A stretch of DNA of 64,000 nucleotides from Chloroflexia bacterium. GTDB taxonomy: Bacteria; Chloroflexota; Chloroflexia; Thermomicrobiales; CFX8. This document shows, one piece after another, positions 38,039-47,225 of the stretch. Position 1 is the stretch's first letter. Every line of letters starts with the position of its first letter. The position numbers were made by a program, and so were the translations under genes. The DNA lies in contig JAUIIK010000003.1 in assembly GCA_030431755.1 (NCBI GenBank), positions 1,770-65,769 of the forward strand. Reading direction: 5' to 3'. The notes under the pieces were generated by a model. The model had not been told where the DNA came from. It worked only from the letters and a program-made list of their open reading frames with translations, and made no database searches.

Positions 38039-40057
38039 CTAGCTGCGATCCCAGTTCTCGATATCCCAGAAGCTGGAAGCCCAGACGGAGATCTCGTGAC
38101 CTGTAATCGTATTCGATACGCCGTTCACCGAGTTGCGCGCAACGAGCGGAATCTCGACGAACTCCTCGACGAGGATGTCATTCATGCCAATGAATAGCTC
38201 GTTCTGGCGCTCAGGATCGATCGCTTCATTCGCTTCGAGCCAGAGCTCGTTGTACTCCTCCGCGCGCGGATTGTCGAAGCCTGCATCCGGGTTGTGATGC
38301 CAGCGTTCGATGTTGCGGCCACCCCACTCATTCGACTGTTGCGGGATGTCACTTTCCGGCTCATTGGACTTGTAGAAGCTCATGTAGCGAATCGGGTAGA
38401 CGGTCCCGGAGTTGGTGAACATCTCGAGGTCCGCGTAGAAGTGCGCGTAGGTGTCTGGATTACCGGGATCCGACGAGAAGTAGACACCGGCGTCGATGGC
38501 CTTGATCTCGGTGCGGATGCCGACCTCTTCCAGCGACTGCTTGACGATCTCCTGGTTCTTCTGCCGGACTGAATTGGTCGATGTCTGGTAGATGAAGTTG
38601 CAGCTATAGCCATCTTTCGACAGCACGCCGTCCTGCACTTCCCAGCCTGCCTCGGTAAGAATCTCCCGCGCACGGTCGACATCGAACTCGAAGCTCGTGT
38701 TCGACGAAGCAAAGCGCGGCGGCTGGGTCAGAATGTTCGACGCCGCGTTCCCGGTCGGCCCGTAGAGCTGTGTTGCGATCGTATCGCGGTCACACAGATA
38801 CGACAGCGCTTCGCGGAACTCTCTCGTCGAGAGCGCCGGATGCGGAGTCGAGATGCTGGAGCGCTCGCCATCCACTTCGACGTTGGGATCGGTGAAGTTG
38901 ATCATCAGGCGTTCCAGCCCCGGCCCCTCAGGCGTCAGGAGCGTGCCAACACCGTCTTCGGACAGCTGCACGAGAATCTCGGCCTCGACCTGAAGATTGA
39001 GCGAATAGTCGACATCACCAGTCTGGAGCACGGCACGCGCGGCAGATGTCGCATCGCCTCCGCCCTTGAGCTCGACCTCGTCGAAGTGCGGCTTGCCGGC
39101 CTCGAAGTAGTCCATATTGATCTCGTAGAGGACCGTGTCGCCCGGACGGAAATCGACGACCTTGTATGGTCCGGTCCCCACGGGCGCAAGGTTGAACGGC
39201 GCGTCATTGACTGTGCCACCCATGTAGTCCCGCAGAACGTGCTCAGGGATCACCAGGCTCTGCGTCGTCGTATACGGATCGAACCAGGCCGGCGTCGGCT
39301 GGGTGAATGTGATCAGGACCGTGTAATCGTCGACTGCTTCGACCGACTCGACGGCGTCGAAGTTCGATTTGGTGGTCACTGCCGCGGCGTCCGGATGGGT
39401 GACGTACTCCCAAGTGAACACGACGTCCTTCGCCGTGAACGGCGTGCCGTCATGCCACAGGACATTCTCGCGGAGCTTCCAGGTTACGCTGGTGCCATCC
39501 TCGGCCAGTAGACCGTTCTCCAGGCTCGGAATCTCCGTCGCGAGCTTTGCAACGAGGTTGCCGTCGTTGTCGAAGTCGGCCAGCGGCAGCAGGTAGACGC
39601 TCGACGCCGTGAAGTCCTTGCCACCCTGAGCGAGGTGCGGGTTGAGGATTGTCGCGGCCTGCCAGTTGAGAAGATTCAGGCGACCGCTGCCGCCCTTCTC
39701 ATCGGTCATCTCCTCTTCTTCGGTCGGCTCTTCGTCGTCGTCACCGCCATCTTCGGCCTCTGTGGCGGTCGGCTCTTCTTCATCTTCATCATCGCCGCCT
39801 TCGTCGGCTTCTTCAGTGGCGGTAGGCTCATCGTCGCCACCGCCGGAGTCGGCCTCGGTCGGATCGGCGCTGTCGTCGGTGTCTTCATCATCGTCATCAT
39901 CATCGTCGTCGTCATCGCCGCACGCCGCAAGCAAGCCCGCGATAAGCGGGGCACTCAAGCCGAGCGCGAGTGACTTTCGGAGGACGTCACGGCGGTTCAA
40001 TCCCCGATTCAGGATGCCGTCGCGAATCTCCTCGATCTGGGTCTCAAGTTTTGACAT
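38039..40057 (-). CDS. ABC transporter substrate-binding lipoprotein, family 5 (peptide/nickel/opine type) with acidic tether
   Basis: 672 aa with a Tat-like RRDVLRKSLALG, lipobox LLAAC and about 100 aa of poly-Asp/Glu linker, then an SBP_bac_5-like body (NPHLAQGGKDF..., WHDGTPFTAKDV). Confidence 0.88.
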   Translation of the reverse strand: MSKLETQIEEIRDGILNRGLNRRDVLRKSLALGLSAPLIAGLLAACGDDDDDDDDDDEDTDDSADPTEADSGGGDDEPTATEEADEGGDDEDEEEPTATEAEDGGDDDEEPTEEEEMTDEKGGSGRLNLLNWQAATILNPHLAQGGKDFTASSVYLLPLADFDNDGNLVAKLATEIPSLENGLLAEDGTSVTWKLRENVLWHDGTPFTAKDVVFTWEYVTHPDAAAVTTKSNFDAVESVEAVDDYTVLITFTQPTPAWFDPYTTTQSLVIPEHVLRDYMGGTVNDAPFNLAPVGTGPYKVVDFRPGDTVLYEINMDYFEAGKPHFDEVELKGGGDATSAARAVLQTGDVDYSLNLQVEAEILVQLSEDGVGTLLTPEGPGLERLMINFTDPNVEVDGERSSISTPHPALSTREFREALSYLCDRDTIATQLYGPTGNAASNILTQPPRFASSNTSFEFDVDRAREILTEAGWEVQDGVLSKDGYSCNFIYQTSTNSVRQKNQEIVKQSLEEVGIRTEIKAIDAGVYFSSDPGNPDTYAHFYADLEMFTNSGTVYPIRYMSFYKSNEPESDIPQQSNEWGGRNIERWHHNPDAGFDNPRAEEYNELWLEANEAIDPERQNELFIGMNDILVEEFVEIPLVARNSVNGVSNTITGHEISVWASSFWDIENWDRS

Positions 40058-40431
40058 GGATCTACCTCTCCCACGACCGCAGTCGTCGCTGTTCCTAGAT
40101 TCGGCCTTGCTCCCCCTTCAAGAGCAAGGCCGAGCGCATCGATCGTTGTGAAACCTCCCCCCGTCTACGCTTGGCTACCCCTCCGCGTTTTGGCTACAGA
40201 TCGTCCCGTGGAATGCGGCATTCGCGAGCGATGTTTCGCACAGACGGTTGTCGCACTGCGTGACGCCGTATAGAGCCTGGTGGTTCAACCAGTAAACGCG
40301 CAGTTACCTCGATATGGATGTATCGGGGCGCATCATATCATTTGCATTTGCTATTGAGGTGTCTCGCAACAGATGATACGGCATCGACGAACGCCAGACG
40401 CGTACTCGTCATGAGGCGAACCCGCCTACAC

Positions 40432-40465
40432 AACAGGAGAGGGTGGCGCGCCACCCTCTCCTGTT
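40432..40465 (-). terminator. hairpin terminator downstream of 40500..42491
   Basis: Perfect palindrome AACAGGAGAGGGTGGCGCGCCACCCTCTCCTGTT, a hairpin of about 15 bp, 35 nt after the stop codon. Confidence 0.7.
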
Positions 40466-40499
40466 ACATGTCAACTCGTCTGAGTTTGGCGAGCGCAGC

Positions 40500-42491
40500 C
40501 TACTCTTCGAAGTACCAGTCCTGCACGTTCCATGTCTCCGGGGTCCACGGCGAGGCCGCAATGCCCGCGAGAGCATTCGACGTCGCAGACACTAGCGCGC
40601 GGTGAACCAGTGGGATCTCGACAATGTCATCCATCACGATGAGGTCATTCATACGGATGAAGAGCTCCGGTTGCGCATCCGGGTCGAGCTCGGTCTCTGC
40701 CTGGCGGTAGAGCTCGTTGTATTCCTCGTTGATCCAGCGGTAGGCATTTGGCCCGGACCAGCTATTCGCCTCCTGGGCGATGTCGATGTCGGGCTCATTG
40801 GACTTGTAGTTCGCCATGTAGCTAATCGGATAGGGCGTCGATGGACCGTTGGTGAACATCTCGATGTCCGCGTAGAAGTGCGCCCAGGTATCCGGGTTGC
40901 CAGCGTCGGACGAGAAGTAGACACCGGCGTCGATCGCCTTGATTTCGACGGCAATGCCGATGCTTTCGCAGGCTTGCTTGATGATCTCCTGGTTCTTCTG
41001 GCGGACCGGGTTGGTCGATGTCTGGTAGAGCATCGACATCTCGACCTCGCCGTTCGACCGCAGCCCGTCGCCAGACCAGGTCCAGCCGGCGTCTTCGAGC
41101 ATCTGTGTCGCGGCCTCGACGTCGAAGGTGTACGAGGTGTTCGGAGAGACAAAGCGCTCAGGGGCGACGAGTGTGTTCGCTGTCGGCGCTCCGGACGCGC
41201 CATAGAGCTGGTTGGCGATGGTGTCGCGGTCGCAGAGCATTGTCAGCGCCTTGCGGACCTCGATGTCGGCCAAGAAGGGATGGTCGTTGCCGAGCTTCGA
41301 GCGCTCGCCGTCGACCTCCTCATTCGGGTCGGAGAGGTTGATCAGAATGCGTTCGACGCTGTTGCCTGGGACCACGAGCAGTGCGCCAGTTTCGGCGGAC
41401 TCAGACATCTGATCGAGGATGTCGGCTTCGACCTGGAGGTTCCAGGCGTAGTCGACGTCGCCGGTCTGCATCGCTGCCCGGGCAGCCGAGGTCGCATCGC
41501 CGCCGCCTTTGAACTCGACGCGAGCGAACCATGGCTTGTCAGGGAAGCGGTAGCTCTCATTGATCGTGTAGGTCACAACGTCGCCAGGGTTGAAGTTCTC
41601 GACGACATACGGGCCGGTGCCGATTGGCGCGAGATTGAACTCATGATCGCGCGCGGCAGCGCCGATTGAGTCGCTGAGTAGGTGTGACGGTAGAACCTGT
41701 CCGCCGTATCCCGTGGCAAACGGCACCATCCAGGCTGGGTTGGGGTTCTTGAAGTGCAGCGTGACGGTGTGATCATCGACGACTTCAACATCTTCGATGA
41801 CGTCGTAGACCGCGAAATAGGTCCCGTTCGTATCGGGGTCCGTAGCGTACTCCCAGGTGAAGCGCACGTCTTCGGCAGTGAATGGCGTGCCGTCCGACCA
41901 GACGACGTCATCGCGGAGGTTCCAGGTGACGCTCATGCCGTCCTCTGCAACGCCGCCGTTTTCAATCGACGGCACTTCGGCGGCAAGCGCCAGGACAATC
42001 TCCCCGGCTGAATCGAAGTGGATCAGCGGCTCGAGCACGAGGCTGGACGCGCTGCTGTCCTTGTCGCCCTGGGCGAAGTGCGGATTCAGAATCGTCGGAG
42101 CCTGCCAGTAAAGGATGCGGACGAGGTCGCCCATGCCGCGGCCCATGCCGCCGCTATCGCCGCTGTCCCCACTGTCGCCGCCATCTTCGGCCTCGGTAGC
42201 ATCGGCGTCATCGCCGCCGGCTTCTTCCGTGGCCGTCGGCTCGTCACCATCGCCGCCGTCCTCGGCTTCGGTCGCGTCCTCAGTATCGCCGCCGCCTGAC
42301 GCCTCAGTAGGTTCGTCGTCGCCGCTATCGTCGGTGTCGTCATCATCATCGTCATCATCGTCGCCGCAGGCTGCCAGCAACCCGGCGATGACTGGCGCGC
42401 TGAGACCGAGCGCGAGCGCGCGTTTGAGCACGTCGCGGCGCCCAATCTGGCGCGCGAAAATCTGGCGCTGAAGCTCGTCTATGCCACTCAT
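40500..42491 (-). CDS. ABC transporter substrate-binding lipoprotein, family 5, paralog with acidic tether
   Basis: 664 aa from ATG 42491 (MSGIDELQRQIFARQIGRRDVLKRALALG...LLAAC + poly-Asp). The body is collinear with 38039..40057 (NPHFAQGDKDS, WSDGTPFTAEDV). Confidence 0.88.
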   Translation of the reverse strand: MSGIDELQRQIFARQIGRRDVLKRALALGLSAPVIAGLLAACGDDDDDDDDDTDDSGDDEPTEASGGGDTEDATEAEDGGDGDEPTATEEAGGDDADATEAEDGGDSGDSGDSGGMGRGMGDLVRILYWQAPTILNPHFAQGDKDSSASSLVLEPLIHFDSAGEIVLALAAEVPSIENGGVAEDGMSVTWNLRDDVVWSDGTPFTAEDVRFTWEYATDPDTNGTYFAVYDVIEDVEVVDDHTVTLHFKNPNPAWMVPFATGYGGQVLPSHLLSDSIGAAARDHEFNLAPIGTGPYVVENFNPGDVVTYTINESYRFPDKPWFARVEFKGGGDATSAARAAMQTGDVDYAWNLQVEADILDQMSESAETGALLVVPGNSVERILINLSDPNEEVDGERSKLGNDHPFLADIEVRKALTMLCDRDTIANQLYGASGAPTANTLVAPERFVSPNTSYTFDVEAATQMLEDAGWTWSGDGLRSNGEVEMSMLYQTSTNPVRQKNQEIIKQACESIGIAVEIKAIDAGVYFSSDAGNPDTWAHFYADIEMFTNGPSTPYPISYMANYKSNEPDIDIAQEANSWSGPNAYRWINEEYNELYRQAETELDPDAQPELFIRMNDLIVMDDIVEIPLVHRALVSATSNALAGIAASPWTPETWNVQDWYFEE

Positions 42492-42615
42492 CTCGTGGTC
42501 CTCCAAACTCGGGGCAATCCCCCAAAACTGGCACGGGCACACAACGCCCACGCCTATACCCGAAGTACGAATTTTACGCCCTGTTGGATGTTTTTGACAC
42601 CCAGAGATTTCGTAG

Positions 42616-43893
42616 CTAGTGGTTTGCAGGCTTACGCAGAGCGCGAAGATCCGGCGACATGAATAGGAGCAATAGGGCAAACGCAGATGAAGCCATCGCA
42701 CCGCTGCTTATCGCGAATGCTGTGCCCTGGAGATCTGCGAGGTAGCCCATCGGCAGGCCGCCGAGCGCGAACGCTCCGAAGCCGAGCATATAGACCCCGG
42801 TGACCCGGCCGCGCACATCGTCGTCTAGCTGAAGCTGAAACAGGGTGTTGTTGAGTGACTGAAAGGCCGAGCCCGTTAGACTGGCCGAAAAGATCGCCCC
42901 GGCAGTTAGCCAGGTGGAAGTCGAGAAGGCCACGATCAGCGCGATACCGCCATAAGCAATCGTGGCCAGCAGGACGAAAAGCCCGAGGGGGCCGATGCGT
43001 GCCGCGCGTTCCGTGAGCAAGCCTCCCGTCACAGCGCCGACGCCGCTAACGGCGAGGAGGAGACCGAGGCCGTCCGGGCCGATCTTCAAGACATCGCGAG
43101 CGATCACCGGCAGCAGCTGTAGATAGGGAAATATGAAGAACATCGGAATCGCCGCGAGCAGCGTGAGATGCAGTACGACGCGATGGTTCCGGACGTAGGA
43201 GAACCCGTCAAGCAGGCCGCCGGTGGACGTTTGTCGTCGTGCACCTTCAATGTCGGACGAGAGCATGAGTGACGCAATGAGCGAACCGGTGACGACGGCG
43301 AGCTGAAAGACGACCGCCACAGACACGCCCGACACTCCGATGAGCAAACCTGCGACCGAGGGGCCAACGACGCGCGAGGCGTGCGTGGCGGCGGATGTCA
43401 ACCCGAACGCGGCCGGCAGCGCGATGCGTGGCACCGTTGCCGGGACGATCGTTTGCCGCGCCGCGTTGTTGAGCGACATGAGGCCGCCGTAGCAGAACAT
43501 CGCGGCCAGGAGGAGCTCCGCGGTAGCGACGCCGCTAGTGATCGCCGCAAGTAGCGCTGTGCCGACTGCGACCATGCCAACCTGGCAGGCAATGAGGACT
43601 GTGCGGCGGTCGTAGCGGTCCAAGAGCACCCCGGCCGGCACGGCCACCAGCACCATCGGAATCCCGGCGGCAAAACCGAGCAAGCCGACGTAGAGCGCTG
43701 AGTCAGTGAGCTCCAGCATCAGCCAGGCGAGGGCGATATTCAGGATCCACTGGCCGGCTTGACTGCCAACGGTTCCGGCGGACAGCATGCGGAAGTCACG
43801 GTATGACCGCAGAATGTCCAGCATGGTGGGCTGGGCGACGTTTTGTGATCTATCGGTGTTCGTCTTCCCAGCGTTGCTTGTCGCAAGTTTCAT
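42616..43893 (-). CDS. MFS transporter
   Basis: About 12 TM helices with YRDFRMLSAGTV near the N-terminus and the loop motif GVLLDRYDRRTVL. Start uncertain: 43902, 43893 or 43824. 43893 has the best SD spacing. Confidence 0.8.
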   Translation of the reverse strand: MKLATSNAGKTNTDRSQNVAQPTMLDILRSYRDFRMLSAGTVGSQAGQWILNIALAWLMLELTDSALYVGLLGFAAGIPMVLVAVPAGVLLDRYDRRTVLIACQVGMVAVGTALLAAITSGVATAELLLAAMFCYGGLMSLNNAARQTIVPATVPRIALPAAFGLTSAATHASRVVGPSVAGLLIGVSGVSVAVVFQLAVVTGSLIASLMLSSDIEGARRQTSTGGLLDGFSYVRNHRVVLHLTLLAAIPMFFIFPYLQLLPVIARDVLKIGPDGLGLLLAVSGVGAVTGGLLTERAARIGPLGLFVLLATIAYGGIALIVAFSTSTWLTAGAIFSASLTGSAFQSLNNTLFQLQLDDDVRGRVTGVYMLGFGAFALGGLPMGYLADLQGTAFAISSGAMASSAFALLLLFMSPDLRALRKPANH

Positions 43894-43979
43894 GCGGCGC
43901 ATCCTACCGGAGCGCCATGCGTTAAACCAACAGCGCCCCGGCTGCTGCCGGGGCGCTGGATAGAGAGGAGATTGGGAGC

Positions 43980-44177
43980 TCAAGCGCGCGAGCGCTCGAA
44001 GGGGTTGGCCAGGATGATGACGAAGGCGGCGGCGCAGGCGACCGCGAACGGGACGATTTGGCCGAGGTCGATCGCTGCCGGACCGGCAAGTCCGTTGCCG
44101 ACCGCAACGAGCACGATTGAGAGCGCGCTTGCGATGAGTGTCATCAGGGCGATCTGAAGTGTCAGTTTGTGTGTCAT
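43980..44177 (-). CDS. small hydrophobic membrane protein (65 aa, two predicted TM helices)
   Basis: MTHKLTLQIALMTLIASALSIVLVAVGNGLAGPAAIDLGQIVPFAVACAAAFVIILANPFERSRA. A strong AAGGAG SD lies 9 nt upstream of ATG 44177, and the gene sits directly downstream of a promoter overlapped by LexA-type boxes. Confidence 0.65.
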   Translation of the reverse strand: MTHKLTLQIALMTLIASALSIVLVAVGNGLAGPAAIDLGQIVPFAVACAAAFVIILANPFERSRA

Positions 44178-44224
44178 CTGTCTGTTCTCCTTGCTTGACT
44201 GCATCCGTCGCGATTTCAAAACTC

Positions 44225-44290
44225 GAACACTTGAGTCGAACGCTTGTTCGTATGTACGTACAGTCTAGAACACCTGTTCCATTTTGTCAA
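44225..44290 (-). promoter_or_regulatory. promoter with three GAAC-N4-GTTC-type (Cheo/LexA) boxes
   Basis: The minus strand reads TTGACA-N17-TAGACT (44290-44262). Box AGAACACCTGTTCC (44267-44280) fills the spacer. Perfect box CGAACGCTTGTTCG (44237-44250) and half-degenerate box CGAACACTTGAGTCG (44224-44238) lie just downstream. Confidence 0.6.
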
Positions 44291-44403
44291 CCAACGAATG
44301 CAGATTGCCGGTCGTCGAGGTGGCGCGCCTCTGCTACGATGGCGCGTGGGGACCATTGTCAATTCCGAACAATTGCTGACGCTATGGGCCAGGGAGGCGT
44401 GCG

Positions 44404-45867
44404 ATGCATCCAGTAGACCGCCTGCGCGAAACGAGGCTGCTGCCTGTCCTCGTCTTGCTCGGCGTCTTCGCGGTCTTCTGGTTCTTCTCCGAGGTCTCGA
44501 GTGTCCTGCCGCCATTTCTCTGGGCGTTGGTGACCGCGTACATTCTCTTCCCGGTCGTGCGGCGGCTCGAACGCGCACTACGCCTACCGCGCGTCGCTGT
44601 CGTGTCCGGCTTGTACGTAGTCTTTGTTGGCTCACTGGTGCTGCTGGCGAGTTATCTCGGCCCGGTCGCAATCGATCAAGGCGAGGATCTGCTGGCGTCG
44701 CTGCCAGAGACGCTCGACAACGCCAGGGCCGAGTTGACCGACGACCCGACGCTACGCATCGGCGCGATCGAGATAGACACCGAGGAAGTCGATGACCGCA
44801 TCGACGAAGCCATCGAGTCGACGGTTGGCGATCTGAGCCGCGAGGCCGTGCCGCTGGTCTTCCACACCGTCGAGATCATGATCCAGATCCTGGTCTACTT
44901 TCTTGTGACGTTCTACTTTTTGCTCCACGGGGACCATATCTTGCGGCAGGCGCGCTCACTCACGCCCCGCCGCCACCGCAGCGTGATCGACCGTGTCGGA
45001 CGGCAGGTCAACGCGACGCTTGGCGCGTACATTCGGGGACAGGTCATTCTCTTCGTTATCATGTCGGTCGCGACCTATATCGCATTGACGATTCTCGGCG
45101 TCGAGTACGCGATTGTCCTGGCGATAGCGACCGGGGCATTGGAGCTCATCCCGATCATTGGGCCGTGGACGGCCGGGGCCGCGGCTGTAACGGTCGCCAT
45201 TTCTCAGGGGCATGCGCCGTTTGGTTGGAGTCAGGTGGAACTCGGGATCGCCGTCGCGCTCACGTATTTCGTGCTGCGAATGCTCGAAGATCACTTCGTG
45301 ATCCCGCAGCTCATTGGGCGCATTGTCCGTGTCCATCCGGTGCTGGTCATCTTCGCAATTCTGGCCGGCGCGAGCACCTTCGGAATGCTCGGCTTGCTGC
45401 TGGCCGTGCCGCTGCTAGCGACCGCCAAGATCGTCGTCCAAGCGGTCTACTACGAGCTGGGCAACCCGCCGGCACGGGAGGTATTGCCGGTGCGCTCGTC
45501 AGTGGATCTCGGCATTGTCCGCGGGCTGCTGGGCGGCGACGCGAAGGGCCATCTCGTGATGCTCATTGGCCCCGGCGCCATTGATTGGCCCGACATCCCA
45601 ACGATGCAAGAGCTCGCCATGCTCGCGGTCTCAAGCGACGTGACGCTCGAAGTCGTGACACCTGACCGGTTTGCGGCAAGCGTAGCCACATCCGCTGGCT
45701 TGCCCGTCATCACCGAGGCGCGGCTTTCCGATGAGGTGGGGACCGCCGAGACGCTGTTGTCGCGAGAGTCGCGTGAACGAACGCGGCGCAGGTTCGCCTT
45801 CACGAACGACCGGTCGGACGTGGATGTTGTGCCGGAGTCCGGGCCACAGCCACAGTCGACTGATTAG
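44404..45867 (+). CDS. AI-2E family transporter (PerM/UPF0118) with about 130-aa cytoplasmic C-terminal extension
   Basis: 487 aa, polytopic, with conserved AI-2E contexts (LIPIIGPW, HPVLVIFAILAG). GGGAGG SD. Confidence 0.8.
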   Translation: MHPVDRLRETRLLPVLVLLGVFAVFWFFSEVSSVLPPFLWALVTAYILFPVVRRLERALRLPRVAVVSGLYVVFVGSLVLLASYLGPVAIDQGEDLLASLPETLDNARAELTDDPTLRIGAIEIDTEEVDDRIDEAIESTVGDLSREAVPLVFHTVEIMIQILVYFLVTFYFLLHGDHILRQARSLTPRRHRSVIDRVGRQVNATLGAYIRGQVILFVIMSVATYIALTILGVEYAIVLAIATGALELIPIIGPWTAGAAAVTVAISQGHAPFGWSQVELGIAVALTYFVLRMLEDHFVIPQLIGRIVRVHPVLVIFAILAGASTFGMLGLLLAVPLLATAKIVVQAVYYELGNPPAREVLPVRSSVDLGIVRGLLGGDAKGHLVMLIGPGAIDWPDIPTMQELAMLAVSSDVTLEVVTPDRFAASVATSAGLPVITEARLSDEVGTAETLLSRESRERTRRRFAFTNDRSDVDVVPESGPQPQSTD

Positions 45868-45908
45868 CTGTGGCGTGTGCGATTCACACAAACAACAAAG
45901 CGTGATGT

Positions 45909-47225
45909 ATGAGCGTTGAAGGACAGCGGGAGATCGACCTCTGCCGGGTCTGGGCGGACCGGGCGCTGTCCGGCGATATGCGCCTTATCGATGGCCGGAG
46001 ATTGCACGTGATCTACCCGGGCATCTGGTCCAACTCCAACGGACCGGACTTCCTGGACGCGCTGCTTTCGATAGATGGCCGGCTCGTGCGCGGGGCTGTT
46101 GAGATGCACCTGCGCGCATCCGGTTGGTATCGCCACCAGCACGACAAGGACACGGCCTACAATGACGTGGCGCTGCATGTCGTCCTCGACAATGATTTAC
46201 CGGATGCTGTGTTAACCGCGAAAGGCGCCTCGCTGCCCACGTTGGCGCTGCCCGAGCTGCGGTCGGAGCGGCCTCACGATGGAGCCGCAGCGCAGATCAT
46301 GGCGCAGCTCGGCACGCGCACATGCCTGCCGGAGACCTCGCGCGAACAGCCCACGCTCGTGCGCGACGTCTTGCACGTACGGGGCTGGAGCCGTCTCGTT
46401 GAGAAGCAGCTCCGCTTCAGCCAGGAGCTGCAGGTGTTGACGGCGCCGGAAGTACTCTACCGCGGCCTGCTCGATGCGCTCGGTTTCAGCGCAAACCGTC
46501 AAGGCATGGCCGAGGTCGGCAGGTGTGTGCCGCTCCAGCTCCTTGAGCGCCTCTTGCAGGAGGAGGGCGAGACTCAGGTTCTCGCAGCGCTGCTCGGCAC
46601 TGGCGGCTTCGTCGGGGAGACCGAACGCTTGAGCAACGGAAACGCACAGCGGTCCAATCAATTGGCCGGTGCCTGGGCCGCGACACAGGCAAGGTTCGCA
46701 CTCGAACCGGTACCTGACGGGATCTGGACACTCAATCGCGTGCGGCCGCAGAATCACCCTGCAACCCGGTTGGCTTCGCTGGCATCGCTCATCGGCTCGA
46801 CCGGTCGTTCCTCACTGTTCGAGCACGTGCTCGCGTTGCGGCTCGACGGCGGCAAGTCCTGGGATCAATGGCTCGCACAGGCGCGGCCCGCCATCGGCGA
46901 GTCTCGCCGGCGACAAATCATCGTGAACATCATCGCGCCGTTCATGGCTGCTTACGCGGAGGTGACACGGGATGAGCAGCTTGCCGAGGAGGTTGCTGCC
47001 GACTGGGAGCGGTTACCGGGCGCAGTTACGGACAGTGTCGCGCGACGGACACGCAGGCAGATCGTGGGTTTGACGCGTTTCCCGATCCGGACCGCGCTGG
47101 AGGAGCAGGGGTTGCACGAAATCCATCGCTCAGGTTGTGCTGAGCTGCGCTGCTTCGAGTGCCCGATCGCGCGCCTGGCAGTCAAGCACGAACCGTGGGG
47201 CGGCGCGGCTAGCGGGCAGGACTGA
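45909..47225 (+). CDS. DUF2851 family protein
   Basis: 438 aa. The N-terminal block LHVIYPGIWSNSNGPDFLDALLSIDGRLVRGAVEMHLRASGWYRHQHDKDTAYNDVALHVV matches my recollection of the DUF2851 signature. C-terminal CAELRCFEC. Confidence 0.65.
   Translation: MSVEGQREIDLCRVWADRALSGDMRLIDGRRLHVIYPGIWSNSNGPDFLDALLSIDGRLVRGAVEMHLRASGWYRHQHDKDTAYNDVALHVVLDNDLPDAVLTAKGASLPTLALPELRSERPHDGAAAQIMAQLGTRTCLPETSREQPTLVRDVLHVRGWSRLVEKQLRFSQELQVLTAPEVLYRGLLDALGFSANRQGMAEVGRCVPLQLLERLLQEEGETQVLAALLGTGGFVGETERLSNGNAQRSNQLAGAWAATQARFALEPVPDGIWTLNRVRPQNHPATRLASLASLIGSTGRSSLFEHVLALRLDGGKSWDQWLAQARPAIGESRRRQIIVNIIAPFMAAYAEVTRDEQLAEEVAADWERLPGAVTDSVARRTRRQIVGLTRFPIRTALEEQGLHEIHRSGCAELRCFECPIARLAVKHEPWGGAASGQD

Noticed and set aside
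39720-39925. GAC/GAT/GAG-rich runs (also at 42120-42365) as a possible satellite or CRISPR-like repeat
   Set aside because: They are in-frame codon runs encoding the poly-Asp/Glu tethers of the two SBPs. There is no repeat-spacer periodicity.
37986-40465. The two terminators share the arms AACAGGA...TCCTGTT, which could suggest a REP-like repeat family
   Set aside because: Only 7 nt are shared at each end and the stems are otherwise unrelated. Two occurrences are not enough to define a repeat family.
40602-41669. 355-aa ORF on the plus strand
   Set aside because: It is antisense to the second SBP gene, which is validated by its paralogy with 38039..40057.
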